Origin: Octopus vulgaris | Lineage: Eukaryota | DNA: 64,000 bases | Direction of reading: 5' to 3' | NCBI GenBank assembly: GCA_951406725.2 | Contig: OX597815.1 | Coordinates: 94,240,001-94,304,000 of the forward strand | Part shown: one piece after another, positions 1 through 13,567 of the stretch | Layout of the letters: every line of letters begins with the position of its first letter | How positions within the stretch are numbered: the first letter of the stretch is position 1 | The notes under the pieces: generated by a model | Seen by the model: only the letters and a program-made list of their open reading frames with translations | What the model was told of the DNA's origin: nothing | The model's database searches: none | Translations under genes and position numbers: made by a program

Positions 1-201
1 TAAATAATGTACATATATAGACATTATATTTTCCTAATAAGAATAGGTGACTGGGACCTTAAATCTCTATGAACATCGTGCGAAATCTAGATTATTTTGC
101 TGAAGCAACGTCACGAGGAAAAAAAAAGGAAAAATCAATAATCTCGCGTCAGTTTGCGAGCCCGGCGATGAAAACGTAATATTAGGATACCCAATGAACT
201 C

Positions 202-308
<107 letters not shown>

Positions 309-320
309 CGTGTGTAGATA

Positions 321-845
321 TACGAGGGGAATTAAAAAATTATCCACACTTTCACCATAACATATCTTTATTACTTTCAGAGTGCCTTCTGCGCACGTGA
401 TCGAAGTTTGAGCCTGATCGCGCCATTTTTGTTTCTGGTTTTACAGTGTAAGCATGGCCGCTCCGACTAGCAACGTGCACCAAAGAAGAACAAAGAGCAG
501 TGATCTAAGAGATGATAATGGTGAACCGATTCACCATTACCATCTCTCGAGTTTGTTGAATCTTCTCGCTAGCGATGGAGGTTGATAGGCGTCCTGCTCC
601 CTTTTCTTGCGTCACGCTTGTCCGGCCACTTTTAAGCTTCTCGTTCCACTCATACACTGAATTTCAGCACCTGACGCACCTTTCGACCAGAGAAATCGGA
701 TCAGCCAGAAAGAGAAATGGCACGATCAGGTTCAGACTTCGACCATGTGACCACAATAGTACCAACTATAAGCAAGCATGCGCAGAAGCAGTGTGACAAT
801 AATAGAGATATGTTATAGCGAAAGTGCAGATAACTTTTGACTTAA
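321..845. mobile_element. Non-autonomous mariner derivative made of two inverted 5' ends
   Basis: Starts TA-CGAGGGG. The + strand 453-505 encodes MAAP..TCTKEEQRAVI. The - strand 510-703 encodes IRFLWSKGASGAEI/VYEWNEKLKSGRTSVTQEKGAGRLSTS (mariner HTH region). 335-437 is the reverse complement of ~705-840. Confidence 0.75.
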
Positions 846-1099
846 TATATATATATATATATATATATACATACAACTACATTTTCAGAATTTAGTCAGG
901 AGGAAGGGTAATGCTCATCTTTTTCAGGGTCGTCAAGAGTGGTGAAAGGATGAGGGTGGATATGCACAAACTGAAAGCCTTGCCTTAATGTTTACGACAA
1001 GGTAGATTTCGCTAAGGGCACTCAAGGATGAAGTGTCGCTGTTAACGGATGCTAAGACAGAGAATAAGGTATTGCTGTTAACAAGTTAACGGGTTAAAT

Positions 1100-1260
1100 C
1101 TACAATACAAATAAACCAGCGTGAGATTTGAATTCAGAATGTCAAGAACCACTCCAATGCCCTATACTAATACAAAATTTATTGACCCCGGAAGGAGGAA
1201 ATGCAAAGTCGACCGCGGTAGGATTTGAACTCAGAATGTGAGAAACCAGCATTTTGTTCC
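1100..1260 (-). mobile_element. SINE family B fragments
   Basis: Reverse complement of the TTCTGAGTTCAAAT..GGTCGACTTTGC..TTTC..CCTT..GGGGTC core seen at 12070 and 22885. Confidence 0.55.
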
Positions 1261-1479
1261 GCAGAATTTCGACTCCACTTAAAATACTAGAATTACTGAG
1301 TAGCGTATCGCAACAAAAACCTGGAGGAGAAATACTCTGTATAAGAAAAAGAGAAGTAGGTTATGTATCGGTATGCTTCCCATAAACTGAAGGATGATGC
1401 TAATATCGAGAAATGTAACATTTTATGTACGTTAACATAAACGTTGGTCACGTATTAAAAGTTACTCTTTTGCGCTCGA

Positions 1480-2720
1480 AGAGCTGCATATAGCTAAAAA
1501 TTTTCAACTGCACGAAAGGGAACGTGAAGAGCTTAAAACATATTCAAGATGGGTGCTTGAAATATCGATTACGTCATGTATCTAAAGAGGATATTCTACA
1601 GAATGTCGTCAATGTATTATTTTCCCAAGTGGCATAATGTTGCAGCTTAAAATAACATTTAACGTCATCTGCAGGCAGCAGTGTCGAAAATATCGTAGAT
1701 AAATGTAGAAAATATTTCTTATGCTGAAGCTTACAAAGTTCCAACAGAAGGAAAATTGTTTCCATTAAAACTTTCGCAAAATGCAAATATAACAGGCCTA
1801 ATATGGTTATTTGTGATAAAAAGGTAAAAAGAATAAACAAGAAAATTGCAGCAAAGTTGCGTGATAGTGGTATCAAACATGGCATGCAGACCACCAGATC
1901 ACTTGTTAGACATTCGCAGTCCGTCCTTTATTCATCTCTTCTGTTTTATTTTGACATGCGCATTGTGTTTTTCTTTTTCTTTTCTGTTTTACGAATCCAC
2001 TATGCACATGCGCATTGCGCCTTCATAGTTTCTCTTTCCAGTTCCTACTCAAACTGTTTATATATCACAACCATCTCACGAACTAGCGTTCGTGTGGGGC
2101 GCTCCGATGGTTGTAGAATAAGGAAGTTATACATATTTGAAGTTAGTAGCCCTACAGATGTGAAAATTTCTTTCAAAATATGTGAGAAAGATAACATTTA
2201 CAATCAATTGTCTCGAAACCTATTGTTTCTCAAGTCAGTTTACAATTCCATATTTATACTTAAAATTATTGGTGCAGTAAATATCTAAGTGGAATTCTTG
2301 GAAAGCTGGCGCTTTCAGTCAAAGAAAGTAATCAGCTGTCACGCGCTTGCAGTCACACCCTGTAAGCGAAGTAGTAAAAATATATATGCAAAACTTTATA
2401 AAATTTCATAATGCAGTTTTCACTATAGTCATCTGAATTCCAGCTATGGAGTACTATTTCTGCCTTAGAAACTAGCTCCGTCTGTATAAGAATACATGCA
2501 TGCATAAGTTGGTCTGTTAGAACGACGAGGATCACCAGGTTATCTCATAAAGACGACTGATGATTTGATTTGCGCAAGACGATTGAATATGAAGATGAAT
2601 GCAGTGGAGGTCTTATTTGCTTCATCTTTTTCTCTGCATTCCACATTGCTTTGCTGTGACCGCCCTTTCCTCCGCTGGACCATGTAGGTTTCTTCTGCAG
2701 TCTGTCTTAAAGTCTTCACA
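1480..2720 (+). mobile_element. Decayed R4/Dong-like non-LTR retrotransposon 3' part (zinc knuckle + RLE endonuclease)
   Basis: Fragments KYRLRHVSKEDI, MSSMYYFPKWHNVAA, IFEVSSPTDVKISFKICEKDNIYNQLSRNL and ICKTFIKF are colinear with the copies at 43.3-45.4 kb and 48.4 kb. The element ends in (CATA)n. Confidence 0.7.
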
Positions 2721-2752
2721 TACATACATACATACATACATACATACATACA

Positions 2753-2786
<34 letters not shown>

Positions 2787-3108
2787 CATACATACATACG
2801 TACACTTACAACAAGTTTTTAAAGTATCTTCTTGGCTGTTTTTTCCCTATAAATATTATAATTATGTTTTCTATTTCAGGTGACATCTTGTAAAGGTGTG
2901 TCATTTTCATCAAAGTTTGCAAAAGTCTGAAAATACATCATACCTTCGGCATGAAGGAACTGTACATCAAAAGAACCAACAAATCATTTATTTCAATAAT
3001 GAAGACTCTCTTTTCTTTCTCTCTCACGATCTCTTTCTGCATTTACAATTGCCATACGTTCATACATACATATATACATAAATGCATACAGAAACATATA
3101 CATAAATG

Positions 3109-3152
<44 letters not shown>

Positions 3153-3666
3153 CACACATAAGTACAAACATACATATATGTGTGTTTGCGCGCGCGAGTT
3201 TGTATGTAAACATAGTGATAGTAACGAACGGAAGGCAGAGTACCCAGTACTAGAGTTAGGGGTAGCCGGACTACAAAATTCGCTGCATCTCTGGTTTCCA
3301 TCATACATGAGACATATATAATGTGAACTACAGCTTTATCTTTCACTGAATCATACCCAAATGTACATACATACATAATACATACATACATACATAATAC
3401 ATACATACATACATACATACATACATACATACATACACACATACATACATGCATACATACATACATACATACATACATAAATACATACATACATGCATAC
3501 GTACATACGTACATACATACATACATGCATGCATGCATACATACATACATACATACATACATACATACATACATACATACACACACACATACATACATAT
3601 AGGCATGCATGCATGCATACATACATACAATCATACATACACATATATTCTTACCTATCTATCTTG

Positions 3667-3747
<81 letters not shown>

Positions 3748-4172
3748 ATATATATATATATATATACTCACATACACATATATGTGCAAATACAATACGC
3801 GTGCGTACGTATGTATTTTGTACTATGAGTGTGTGAGTGCATGTTTATACACATATACGCACGTGTATATTTGTGAACACACACACACACACACACACAT
3901 GTATGAATATGTATATGAGAAATTATGATAAGCAAAAGCTTATATCGTTTGTTCCCTTCGAGTTTCACCTTTGTGGCTATTTTCAAACCAAATCTACTTA
4001 ACTGATTTGTCAAATATCGTCATAACCCCTATGACCTTATTATGACAATACGTTCCTTGTGTACACCCCCCCCCCTGCTGTCACTCACTACCTGTTCTGC
4101 GTTCGTATTTCGAAGTCTAATAGTAGATTTTTTTCGTATTTTGCTACTGATATCAACATCGCGTATGTGCAT

Positions 4173-4229
<57 letters not shown>

Positions 4230-4608
4230 ATATATATATGTGTGTGTGTATACGCGCACACACACACACACACATATATATATATGGGCATACATATACA
4301 TACACACACATACATGCACATCTACATATATGGAATACACACACAGATATACATCATATATGTCCACACACATATGTCCACTGTAATCTATGTCAGTCTT
4401 TTGCTTTACCTTTATATCCCTTTTATCCTCTTATCCTCTTTCTTGCCTGTTTTTCCTCTCCCTTCCTTAGCCAATAAGCTATCCAAAGAAAGATCCCCGC
4501 CAATCAAAGTGCATTTAAAGCAAATTCAGTGCATGCGTACTTATTCGCCTGAAGATCGGAAACGAAGCACCGGTAGTAGCAACTGAGGCAGACTCAACAT
4601 TCAATAAG

Positions 4609-4660
<52 letters not shown>

Positions 4661-5699
4661 ACATATATGCGCACACATACAAATATGCTTATACACACAC
4701 GTATATACTTAAAAGTATTCAAGCTATACAATCAGTAATATATTGTATATGTTTTACGCTAATCTGGTTTATTCTTTTGATGCTAAATATATCTACTGTC
4801 AGTTCATCTAAATAAAGATCATTATCGGAATTGTTTGTTATATTTTCTTATAAACTTGTAAAAGTTTGTTGTAAAAAGTATAATCATGAAACACATGCAA
4901 ACATGTTGGTTCCTTGCTTCCATTTCGTATTTGCTCGTAATGACCGAGAAGGTAAAATCATGAACGAACTTCAAAAATATTTTTTTCTCTTCCATATTAA
5001 ATCTTTTGTTTCATGTCTTTCTACAATAATGAATTAAAACTAAAATTTATCAATATTAATCATATAAAATTGTATATGCATTAATTTGAGACAGGACAAG
5101 AACTGACTTTCATTCGGGAATCTAAATTCTTATCAATCACTTTCAGGGTAAAGGTGTTAGCTATTACACCTCAGAGCTTATTCTATATTTGTACCATATT
5201 AAATTATAAATGAATCACTAAGTTTAATCATGCAGAGAGGCTATCTGCATAAAGCAAGAGTTAAGTTAGTGTTAGCACATTTTATATAGTGAATATTAAA
5301 AACTTCGTTTGAAATGTTTGTAAGATGAGGAAAATTACCTAGTCGTCTTTTAGTATTTTTCTTCGGTTGTATAACTTTTTAAAATACACTAGTTTTCTAA
5401 GCCTATACCAGTACAAAAATTCTCCATCTACTGAGTGATTTTCTCATTACTGCTTTGATAATAAATTGAAGTCTATGCTTCCCAGAGGAGATCTAATAAT
5501 ACCGAAGCATGTTCGGAATTAAAATATTAGACAATGAGCTAATGTTACCTTTTTCATAGCAGACAAGTATTTCTAATTAGATGTTTGGTGTTTACTATAT
5601 TTAAACATATGATTGTAACTTATGTTAAAATGTTTTACTAGTGTAAAATAATATAACTCCATATATATAGCATATATTTCTTCGATAATTTCCTGGTTC

Positions 5700-6295
5700 A
5701 CAAAGCCTAATTTAAAAAAAATCTGTTAAATTCGCACATCATCTGTACTGTTTTTATGGTACAGAAGATAAATACACTTTGCATGCACTCTTAGAAAAAC
5801 CGTATATGAGAGAAACTCTTTTCGTACCAAACAAGCGCATAATTATTTTTGAACCAGTTGGTAAATTTCTTTGGGTTCTTCAAATGATTAAAATTTCATC
5901 AGATGGAAGGAAAGCGAAAGAAAACGATGGATGCATTTTTAAACTGAAGTTTTCGTTGACACCCTGTCTCGTAACCAATGTATTCATCTCATTATTCCGT
6001 CTTAGGCATTGGCATAGGTGTGAAAAATTTCCTTAAACACATTAAAATCCGATAGTAGAAGATTGATTGCATCAGTTCCCGAATCTGTCATTTTGGTTTG
6101 TGAATTCCATTGCAGTCCATTTATTCTATTAAATGTTCTTCAAATCCCCAAATACGCGTTTATAAAGTGCTTCTAATTTTCAATTCATTAATATATGAGA
6201 GAATTATTTCTGAAAACATAAAGATGATGATTATGAAAGTACTATCGATAATCCAAAGTGAAGCATGCTCTAGTTTTCAGTGTTGGATTTAATGG
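5700..6295 (-). mobile_element. Decayed MULE/Mutator transposase
   Basis: Minus-strand fragments LEHASLWIIDSTF (DGTF motif), EALYKRVFGDL, NGLQWNSQTKMTD, ENFSLKMHPSFSFAFLPSDEI and FTNWFKNNY, with many stops and frameshifts. Confidence 0.65.
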
Positions 6296-6657
6296 TGAGT
6301 ATATTAATGTTAGGTGTCTATATTCTGTCAAAAAAAAAAAAAAAAAGCGTTTTTAACATAGCGCGTCAGTCTGTCTGTACAACGTGCTCACAACTGCAGG
6401 GCTGTATATGTGTGATCTTCCCTTTCAGTCAGATTGGAGCCATATCTCGTCACGTTATTTACTCAATGATCTACATTGTCAAGAGTGAATGCATGTTTAG
6501 TGCACTTAACGATATGCTCAAAGTTTAACACTCAGGACAATATTCTATTTTTCTTCGTACAAAGGTGTATTTACATTTGTTTTAAGTTTCACAACTAAAG
6601 ATTTAAAACTACTTCGTAATACTTTTTTAATACACGTGTTGCGTGTGTGTGTGTGTG

Positions 6658-6702
<45 letters not shown>

Positions 6703-6938
6703 TACACACATATATATATACATATACATACACGCATATATATAGGAAGAAGAGAAGAAGAAAATGAAGATACTCCGTTTTCTTTTTCCTTTATATGAAT
6801 ATAAACTACAGTTTATATACACACCTATTAATTTAAGGAAATCAATTCCCTCCATCCCCAAAATATTAAATATTGAACCAGTATTTCCTTGGATGACATA
6901 ATCCCTTCATGAGGCTAACATAACCTCTAACTGAATTC

Positions 6939-7034
<96 letters not shown>

Positions 7035-7039
7035 TGTAT

Positions 7040-7237
7040 TTGTGTGTCTGTGTTTGTCCACCACGATCACTTGACAACTGATGTTGGTGTGTTTACGTCC
7101 GCGTAACTTAGCGGTTCGGCAAAAGAGACCGATAGAATAAGTGCTCGGCTTACAAAGAATAAGTCCTGGGGTACATTTATTCGACCAAAAGGCGGTGCGC
7201 CAGCATGGCCGCAGTTAAATGACTAAAACAAGTAAAA
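7040..7237 (+). mobile_element. SINE family A, 3' half
   Basis: TTGACAAC.GATGTTGGTGTGTTTACGTCC..GTAACTTAGCGGTTCGGCAAAAGAGACCGATAGAATAAG...CAGCATGGCCGCAGT.AAATGACT.AAACAAGTAAAA, repeated many times in the window. Confidence 0.85.
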
Positions 7238-7244
7238 AATCACA

Positions 7245-8264
7245 AAGACAGCTAAAGTTTCCATCTAGAGGAGTAGTGTTTTGCCAGCGTGCCTTCATGC
7301 TTGCATGAAAATGATCCCGGTATTGGAGTCGATTTTGCTTAAATTTTTGAACTGAGGAGAAGTAGGTCTGGAGCCATGCCCTGCGTTCTGATGCTCTGTT
7401 TTCGCAGGAAGAAAAGGGAATGTTATATCGTTTCAGATTGCCTTTCAGTTTGTCTTTGAAGCGCAAGAGTGGCCTTCCAACTGACCTTCCTGCTGACAAC
7501 TGGCCAAAAAGTTGCTTCAGGATTCTGATCTCACTCCTATTTGAAAGATGACCGGACCATCTAAGCTGTATTTTGATGAGGATGGCTTCAATACCTGATA
7601 TGTTGGATTTTGCAAGTACCTCACTGCTATGAATATGGTCGCTCGGTTTTATGTTGGAGATATTACGCAAGCATCGCATATGAGAAGCGTCAAGCTGATT
7701 GATGTGCTTTCGGCACAAAGTCCAAGATTCAGTACCATAAAGCAATGTTGTCAAGACTACTGACTTATATACAATAAATTTCACCTTCAACGTTACGTCG
7801 TAGCTGTTCCATAGCCTGTGATAAAGCTTACCGAAAGCGGAGCTATCCTTCCCGATTCTGGTCTCGATTTATTTATCCAGCTTCACATCATTGGGCACAA
7901 CGGAACCAAGATAAGTGAAGGAGGAAACAGTTTTTAATGCTTTCCCATCAACATATACATTAGAGACAATAGCGGTAAGATGGTCAACGAATGGGCTGAT
8001 AGACAAGCTCAGTTTTCTTGATGCTGATGGTCAGACCAAAGGTCCTCGATACATGCGAGAAGAATCCATTGCATATCCTCAAGAGTGTGTGCTACAAGTG
8101 CACAATCGTCTACGAAGAACAAATCTGGAACTGTTTGCACCAAAGTCTAAGTTTTTTGCTTTGAAGCGTTGTTGGTTGAACAAGCCACCACCAGTTCGGT
8201 ACTCAAACTTTACTCCTTCTTTAACGCTCTCGAACGCTGTTTCCAACATGACGGAGAAATACAA

Positions 8265-8265
<1 letters not shown>
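7245..8265 (-). mobile_element. RTE-clade LINE, 5'-truncated RT C-terminal region
   Basis: ORF 7215..7790 has VYKSVVLTTLLYGTESWTL, HMRCLRNI, QLRWSGHL and GRSVGRPLLRFKDKLK. Upstream are EGVKFEYRTGGGLFNQQRFKAK and FGLTISIKKTE. Confidence 0.9.
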
Positions 8266-8337
<72 letters not shown>

Positions 8338-8338
<1 letters not shown>

Positions 8339-9175
8339 AGAAGGTGCTGTGAATAAACCGTTGTCTAAATTACGCAAAAATGAAAATAACACTGACATCT
8401 CATTTTAACAGATATATTTACCGAAATTCCATAAAAATATCCTGAAGTACTAAAATTATTCAATAAGATCGTCATTGGCTTCAACCACGGCCTCTAGACA
8501 GCTTCGGAATCTCCTGCAACTCTTCTGGATGGTCTCCTTGTTTAAGTTGGTAATTGCTGCCATAATCCTTGCCTTCAGTTCCTCTTTAGTGTTACAAGGA
8601 AGGAGTTTTGTTGGTCTCTCGCTCAACTGCAGCCAGATGATGATGTAGTTGCAGAAATTGTCTGACAGCCATGACTAGGTTTTCCTGCTTGTGTGGCATG
8701 GTGCAGAGTCTTGATGCCAGATAGAGTCTTCCAGCAGCCATTCTCTTCAACCAAGGCGGCACTACCTTCTCCAGGTACTTGATGTAGGCCTCCGCGTTGA
8801 GTGTGAGGCCGTGTGGGTAGATGAATGGGGGCATAACGTCGCCATCACTAGTGATCACTCCAAACACCATGATGTTGACTGGATGTTTGATTTTTATCAC
8901 TCTCGATATATGTTTTCAGATTGCACGGTCCTCAGATTGTCACCCAAACACTCTGAAATGTTCGTATTGGAGCTTCAAGCGTGAATGCCAAGCAGTTCAG
9001 CATGTCGTTCCCAAATTTCTGGTCATGGGATGTGTGTCATAGTGCTTTTTTTTTTCTTTACCGTCGGTGCCCAACTGACCCTACTATATTGTGTAATCGA
9101 CAAAATCAAAAACAAACAATGCGCATGCACGGGATTTAAAATATAAAATGGTAACAATTTACCCATCGCACCTTA
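8338..9175 (-). mobile_element. Tc1/mariner-superfamily (maT/DD37D-like) transposon, internally deleted
   Basis: KHPVNIMVFGVITSDGDVMPPF...WQQDSAPCHTSRKT...AVERETNK..ELKARIMA. Degenerate terminal inverted repeats AGGTGCTGTGAATAAACCGTT / AACAATTTACCCATCGCACCT next to TA. Confidence 0.8.
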
Positions 9176-9339
9176 TATATATATATACCTTTTATGTTTT
9201 ACTTGCTTCAGTCAATAGTCAACGATTACTGAAGAAGTTGCGAGACGCAACGAAAATTTTAGAAAAAATAAATAATAAGTAGAAATCGAACCGGTGAATG
9301 TGTTAAGTAATTAGGCACTAAAAGAAAATGACTCTCCAC

Positions 9340-9369
<30 letters not shown>

Positions 9370-9373
<4 letters not shown>

Positions 9374-9700
9374 ACGAAAAAAGAGGAATTTCGATTATCT
9401 TCACGTAGTGACTTGTAATGCAAAAATATATATATATAAAATAAAAGAAAGAAAATGCACACACTTTACATAGTTTTATTATATTTTAAAATATATTTTA
9501 TATTGTGCTTGTCGACTGGTTTCGCTTTCGCTGATCATTACATTGAAATTATTGTAATTTCGTATTTCCTCAAGAAGATTTTAGTCCATGCTGTATGTGG
9601 AGAGGTTTGTGAATAAATGATTCAGCAAGTATAATATATATATATATATGTATATATGTTAAAACTATGTAAAGTGTGTTCATTTTCTGCCTTTTATTAT
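9370..9700 (-). repeat. Penelope-type terminal fragment with short inverted duplication and degenerate HHR-like motif
   Basis: 9435-9480 is inverted at 9658-9700. The minus strand has TTGAGGA...GAAACCAGTC-GACAAG. Embedded in (TA)n. Confidence 0.35.
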
Positions 9701-9705
9701 ATATA

Positions 9706-10343
9706 CTAGCAGTATCGCCCGGCGTTGCTCGGGTTTGTAAGGGAAATAACTATATAAGCATTTTTAGAGAGTTATAGCCAAAAAATAGCAAAAAATGCAT
9801 TAAAAATGGAAAAAATATGATGGTAATTTTTTTTAAAAATCGTTGACTCATCGTAGACATTTTTAGAGAGTTACTTCCCTTATATAATAGCGAAAAAATG
9901 CATTAAAATGGAAAAAAAACGATGGTAAATGTTTTTTTTAAATCGTAGACTCATGTAGACGCTTTCTTAGCCATTTCTGTTTTGGTGTCTTGAAGCCATG
10001 AAGTCGTTGTTCTAAAAGAACACTGGTCTCCTTGACAACGCATTACGACGTTGATTTCCTTACACTCCCTTCCCCACAGGTGCAGATGTGAGCGTGGACG
10101 CCAACTCCGCCGCCATCGACACACGAAAAATTATGCATTAAAATGGAATAAAAAATGATGTTAAATTATTTTTAAAATCGTAGATTCATCGTAGACGCGC
10201 GCTAATATTCAGACGGGCTCGATATGAATCACGACTATAAGCTACCCGAATTTGGTTAAACTGTACCGCAAAATGTGGGAGTAGTTAGGAATCTAAATCG
10301 AAGGGGACAGACACTCACACAACTACAGTTTTATATATATAGA
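9706..10343 (-). mobile_element. Non-autonomous Helitron
   Basis: Minus strand starts TC(TATATATATAAAACTG) and ends in the hairpin CCCG-AGCAACGC-CGGG followed by CTAG, inserted between A and T. Internal tandem subrepeats. Confidence 0.75.
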
Positions 10344-10359
10344 TATACATAGCGCAGTA

Positions 10360-10715
10360 GTGGTGAGATATGACAGCAAAGAAAAGCATACATTCACTCT
10401 CTGCATGCAATTAGACTCGGAAAGTTCGTGAGGAACCCATTGACCCAATTTGCTGACTTTTCCGATAGCACACAGGTGTCAATGAATGGTTGAATGACCA
10501 AATCCAAGCTTCTCTGCTAGTTCCTCAACAGTTACGATGATATTTTGTTCCACCAGGGTTTTCAGGATGTCCTTGTCGAGTTCTACAAATCTTTCAGGAT
10601 GAGGCTCGTCTTCTAGGCTGTAGTTTATGGCTCGGGATTTCTGGAACCACCATTGACACTGCCTTACGCTTATTGTCCAATCCCCATATACTGCATTAAT
10701 ATTTCTTGTACTTTG
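10360..10715 (-). mobile_element. Mariner transposase fragment
   Basis: STRNINAVYGDWTISVRQCQWWFQK...SLEDEPHP...TVEELAEKLGFGHSTIH*HL..IGKVSKLGQWVPHELSE, including the WVPHEL motif. Confidence 0.9.
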
Positions 10716-11029
10716 CACACATTTATATTCTGTTATTCTTTTATATGTTTCAGCCTTGAGGTTGTGGCCATGCTGGATCATGTGTGTGTGTGTGTGTGTG
10801 TGTCTATCTGTCTGTCTGTCTGTATGTATATATGTATATGTATGTGTGTGAACAATAATATTTTCAACAGATGTGTTGCAAATGTATCTGATTGTTCTCA
10901 AGCTTCAATACTGTGTGTGTGTGTGTATGTGTGTGTGTGTATGTATGTATGTATATGTATGTATGTATGTATGTATGTATATGTATGTATGTATGTATGT
11001 ATGTGTGTGTGTATGTGTGTGTGTGTGTA

Positions 11030-11064
<35 letters not shown>

Positions 11065-12069
11065 ATGTATGTATGTATGTATGAGTGTATGTTTACTTTA
11101 TTACTAATTACTCTCTTCCAAGAACATTTTCACTCACTCTTAGCTCTTAGCTTCCCATACATTTTACTCATGTATCTATCATCGTCATAGACAGAATACT
11201 TTCACTTTAGTCTTCCTCAAATCACTCTGTCCGCTATTTACTTTCATTTTATTCGTTGCCCACTGTGTGTGTGCGTTTGCGTGTGGTGTAAACCAGACTA
11301 AGAAAAGCATTTGACACACACACCAGAATGTGAGTTTTCTGTAAATTTTGCTTAATTGGAGTTTAAATTTTAAAAACTGGACCTGGCATGACGCGATGCA
11401 TTGTACTCTTAAAAATGCCAGGTAAATTGTAATTGAAGAAATCCTATATTGTAGATTTGTATAACTCCCAAAGGGAGGCAGATAAAATCTGCCTTTTATA
11501 ATAAGAGATATATATATATTGCATTACACACACATACACACACATACAGATTACTTAATCACGTCATCAACAAGCGCACATTTTGCAAATTTAACCAGAC
11601 CATTGCAGCTAAGTTCACGTTTACAAAAAATATAAACAGCTATTTTCCATATTTCTCTTTGTGAGAAGAAGATGAGGGGTGCTTGTTCTTTCACGAGCTG
11701 TCAATGATCCTGCTCGGTGGACCTTCCCTTATTTTTGTGTACACAAAGGCAGTAACTACTTGTATTCACACCTTTGCCTCTCATGTCTTCGGGGAGGATA
11801 AAATAAATACCAGTTGAGTACTGGAGTCGATGTAATCGATTTATCCATTCCCCAAAATTTCGGGCCTTGTGCCTATAGTAGAAAGAAAAAAAGTGTTAAA
11901 TAACGAGAGAATACATTAGATAATGCATATATAATGCATATAATGCTCTATAGGGCCTTAAAATGATGGGATGGATTTGATTGGAATGCGTTTAGTCATA
12001 TTTTTTCTAAACAACAACAAAAACAACAACAATAACAACAACAGCAGCAGCAGCATTCTATTTACACGA

Positions 12070-12272
12070 ATGGCGGCGAGCTGACAGAATTGTTAGCACA
12101 CCGGGTAAAATGCTCTGCAGCATTTCGTCTGCCTTTACGTTCTGAGTTCAACTTTGCCTTTCATGCTTATGAGGTCAATTAAATAACTACTAGCCAAGTA
12201 CTAGGGTTGATGTACTCGATTTATCCCCTCCTCGAACTTGCTGGCCTCGTGCCACAATTTGAAATCAATATT
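12070..12272 (+). mobile_element. SINE family B (another fragment at ~11770-11885)
   Basis: GGCGGCGAGCTG.CAGAAT.GTTAGCAC.CCGGG..AAATGC...CGTTCTGAGTTCAA..TTTGCCTTTCAT... Confidence 0.65.
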
Positions 12273-12289
12273 ATATTTATTTGAATAAA

Positions 12290-12785
12290 CCTAGACAACA
12301 CTATATAATATTCTGTTACATAAGAAGAAATGCTACATAATAACAATATAATATTTACACAAACGAGCCTACAAAATGGCAATGTAACACATTTATATCG
12401 CATCACTTATATCACAAAGCCTATACGACAGAAATATTACATAGAAGCAATGTGGCATTATGTTTACATAAAACGGTTACACTTATCTTGGCCAGCAGTA
12501 ATGTCACAAATAAGAATCCCATATAAGAGGAATATACAGAATAGCAATGTGACATATTTATATGAAGAAACTTGCACGAAGCTTACACAACAGCATTGTG
12601 ACATATTCATGTGGAGCTACCTATACAAGAGAAATATTACACTATATCAATGCGACATTATATAAAGAAGCCTGAGCAACGGTAATGTGACATAGTTATG
12701 TGAAGAAGTCCATTACAACAGGAATATTACACAAAAGCGGTGTGTCATATTTGTAGGACGAAAGTTACACAACAGCAATGTCATG
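12290..12785. repeat. Degenerate minisatellite
   Basis: Recurrent motif GAAGCCTA-ACAACAGCAATGTGACATA at roughly 30-50 nt spacing. Confidence 0.55.
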
Positions 12786-12994
12786 AGCAAATCAAACGAT
12801 GTTGCAATGGCTGGATTATAAACGACATTGCTATATTTAACTCCGTGTATTTGTGCATTAGTAGAGCTGACAGTAGGTTTCACTGGTTGACCTCTCACAT
12901 GTGTCATCTATGTCATCTTCACCCAGATGTATACGTTTCACCGGCTGACCTCCCGTAATCTGTCATTTATGTCATCTTCACCGGGGTGCACTAT

Positions 12995-13300
12995 AACCAT
13001 CGCCGCCACTGCCCCCCACCATAACCACCACCACTACCACGACGACGACGACGACGACCACCACCACCACGTCCACCGCCGTCGCCGCCGCCGCCACCAC
13101 CACCACCACCACCACCACCAACACCACCTTCACCGCCATCGTCACCACCACCGCCATCGCGACAACGACGACCATACCGCTATCAAAATACCAACAATCG
13201 CTACGACAACACCATCATAAGTCATCATAATTTTTCCACTACCTGTCCCATCATCTTTTTCTTCTCTTTCCTTCTTTTCATGATCATCATCATGATCATC
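12995..13300. repeat. (CAC/GAC/CAT)n trinucleotide tract
   Basis: Direct inspection; gives the spurious poly-His and poly-Val ORFs. Confidence 0.9.
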
Positions 13301-13411
13301 AACAAGAGCAACACAAATTTGATCAAACATAGATAAACACCCACCAATCCTAATCCTAAATCCAAGTTATCCAAATACTCTGACTCATTGTATTGTTTAT
13401 CCTGTTTACAG

Positions 13412-13435
13412 AGTGCCTTCTGAAACAGAATCTAG
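13412..13435 (+). CDS. Candidate 24-nt microexon of an unidentified host gene
   Basis: CTGAC..TTGTATTGTTTATCCTGTTTACAG | AGTGCCTTCTGAAACAGAATCTAG | GTAAGT. Frame-preserving length; two of three phases are open (VPSETES or CLLKQNL). Confidence 0.4.
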
Positions 13436-13482
13436 GTAAGTACCTTTATCAAACAATCAATCAGTCAATCTAATTTAATCTA

Positions 13483-13567
<85 letters not shown>

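Noticed and set aside
2880-2895. TTTCAG|16 nt|GTGTGT as a microexon
   Set aside because: Weak donor, frame-shifting length, repeat-like surroundings.
4545-4580. CTGAAGA..CCGGTA as a hammerhead (also CTGATGA at ~57864, CTGACGA on - at ~14465, CCGATGA on - at ~21920)
   Set aside because: No properly placed GAAA or closing stem I; at best badly decayed.
12927-13220. His/Asp/Arg-rich ORF (also poly-Pro/Thr 32929-33147 and poly-Met/Ser 38854-39243)
   Set aside because: Trinucleotide tracts lacking stops by composition; no domain or convincing splice context.
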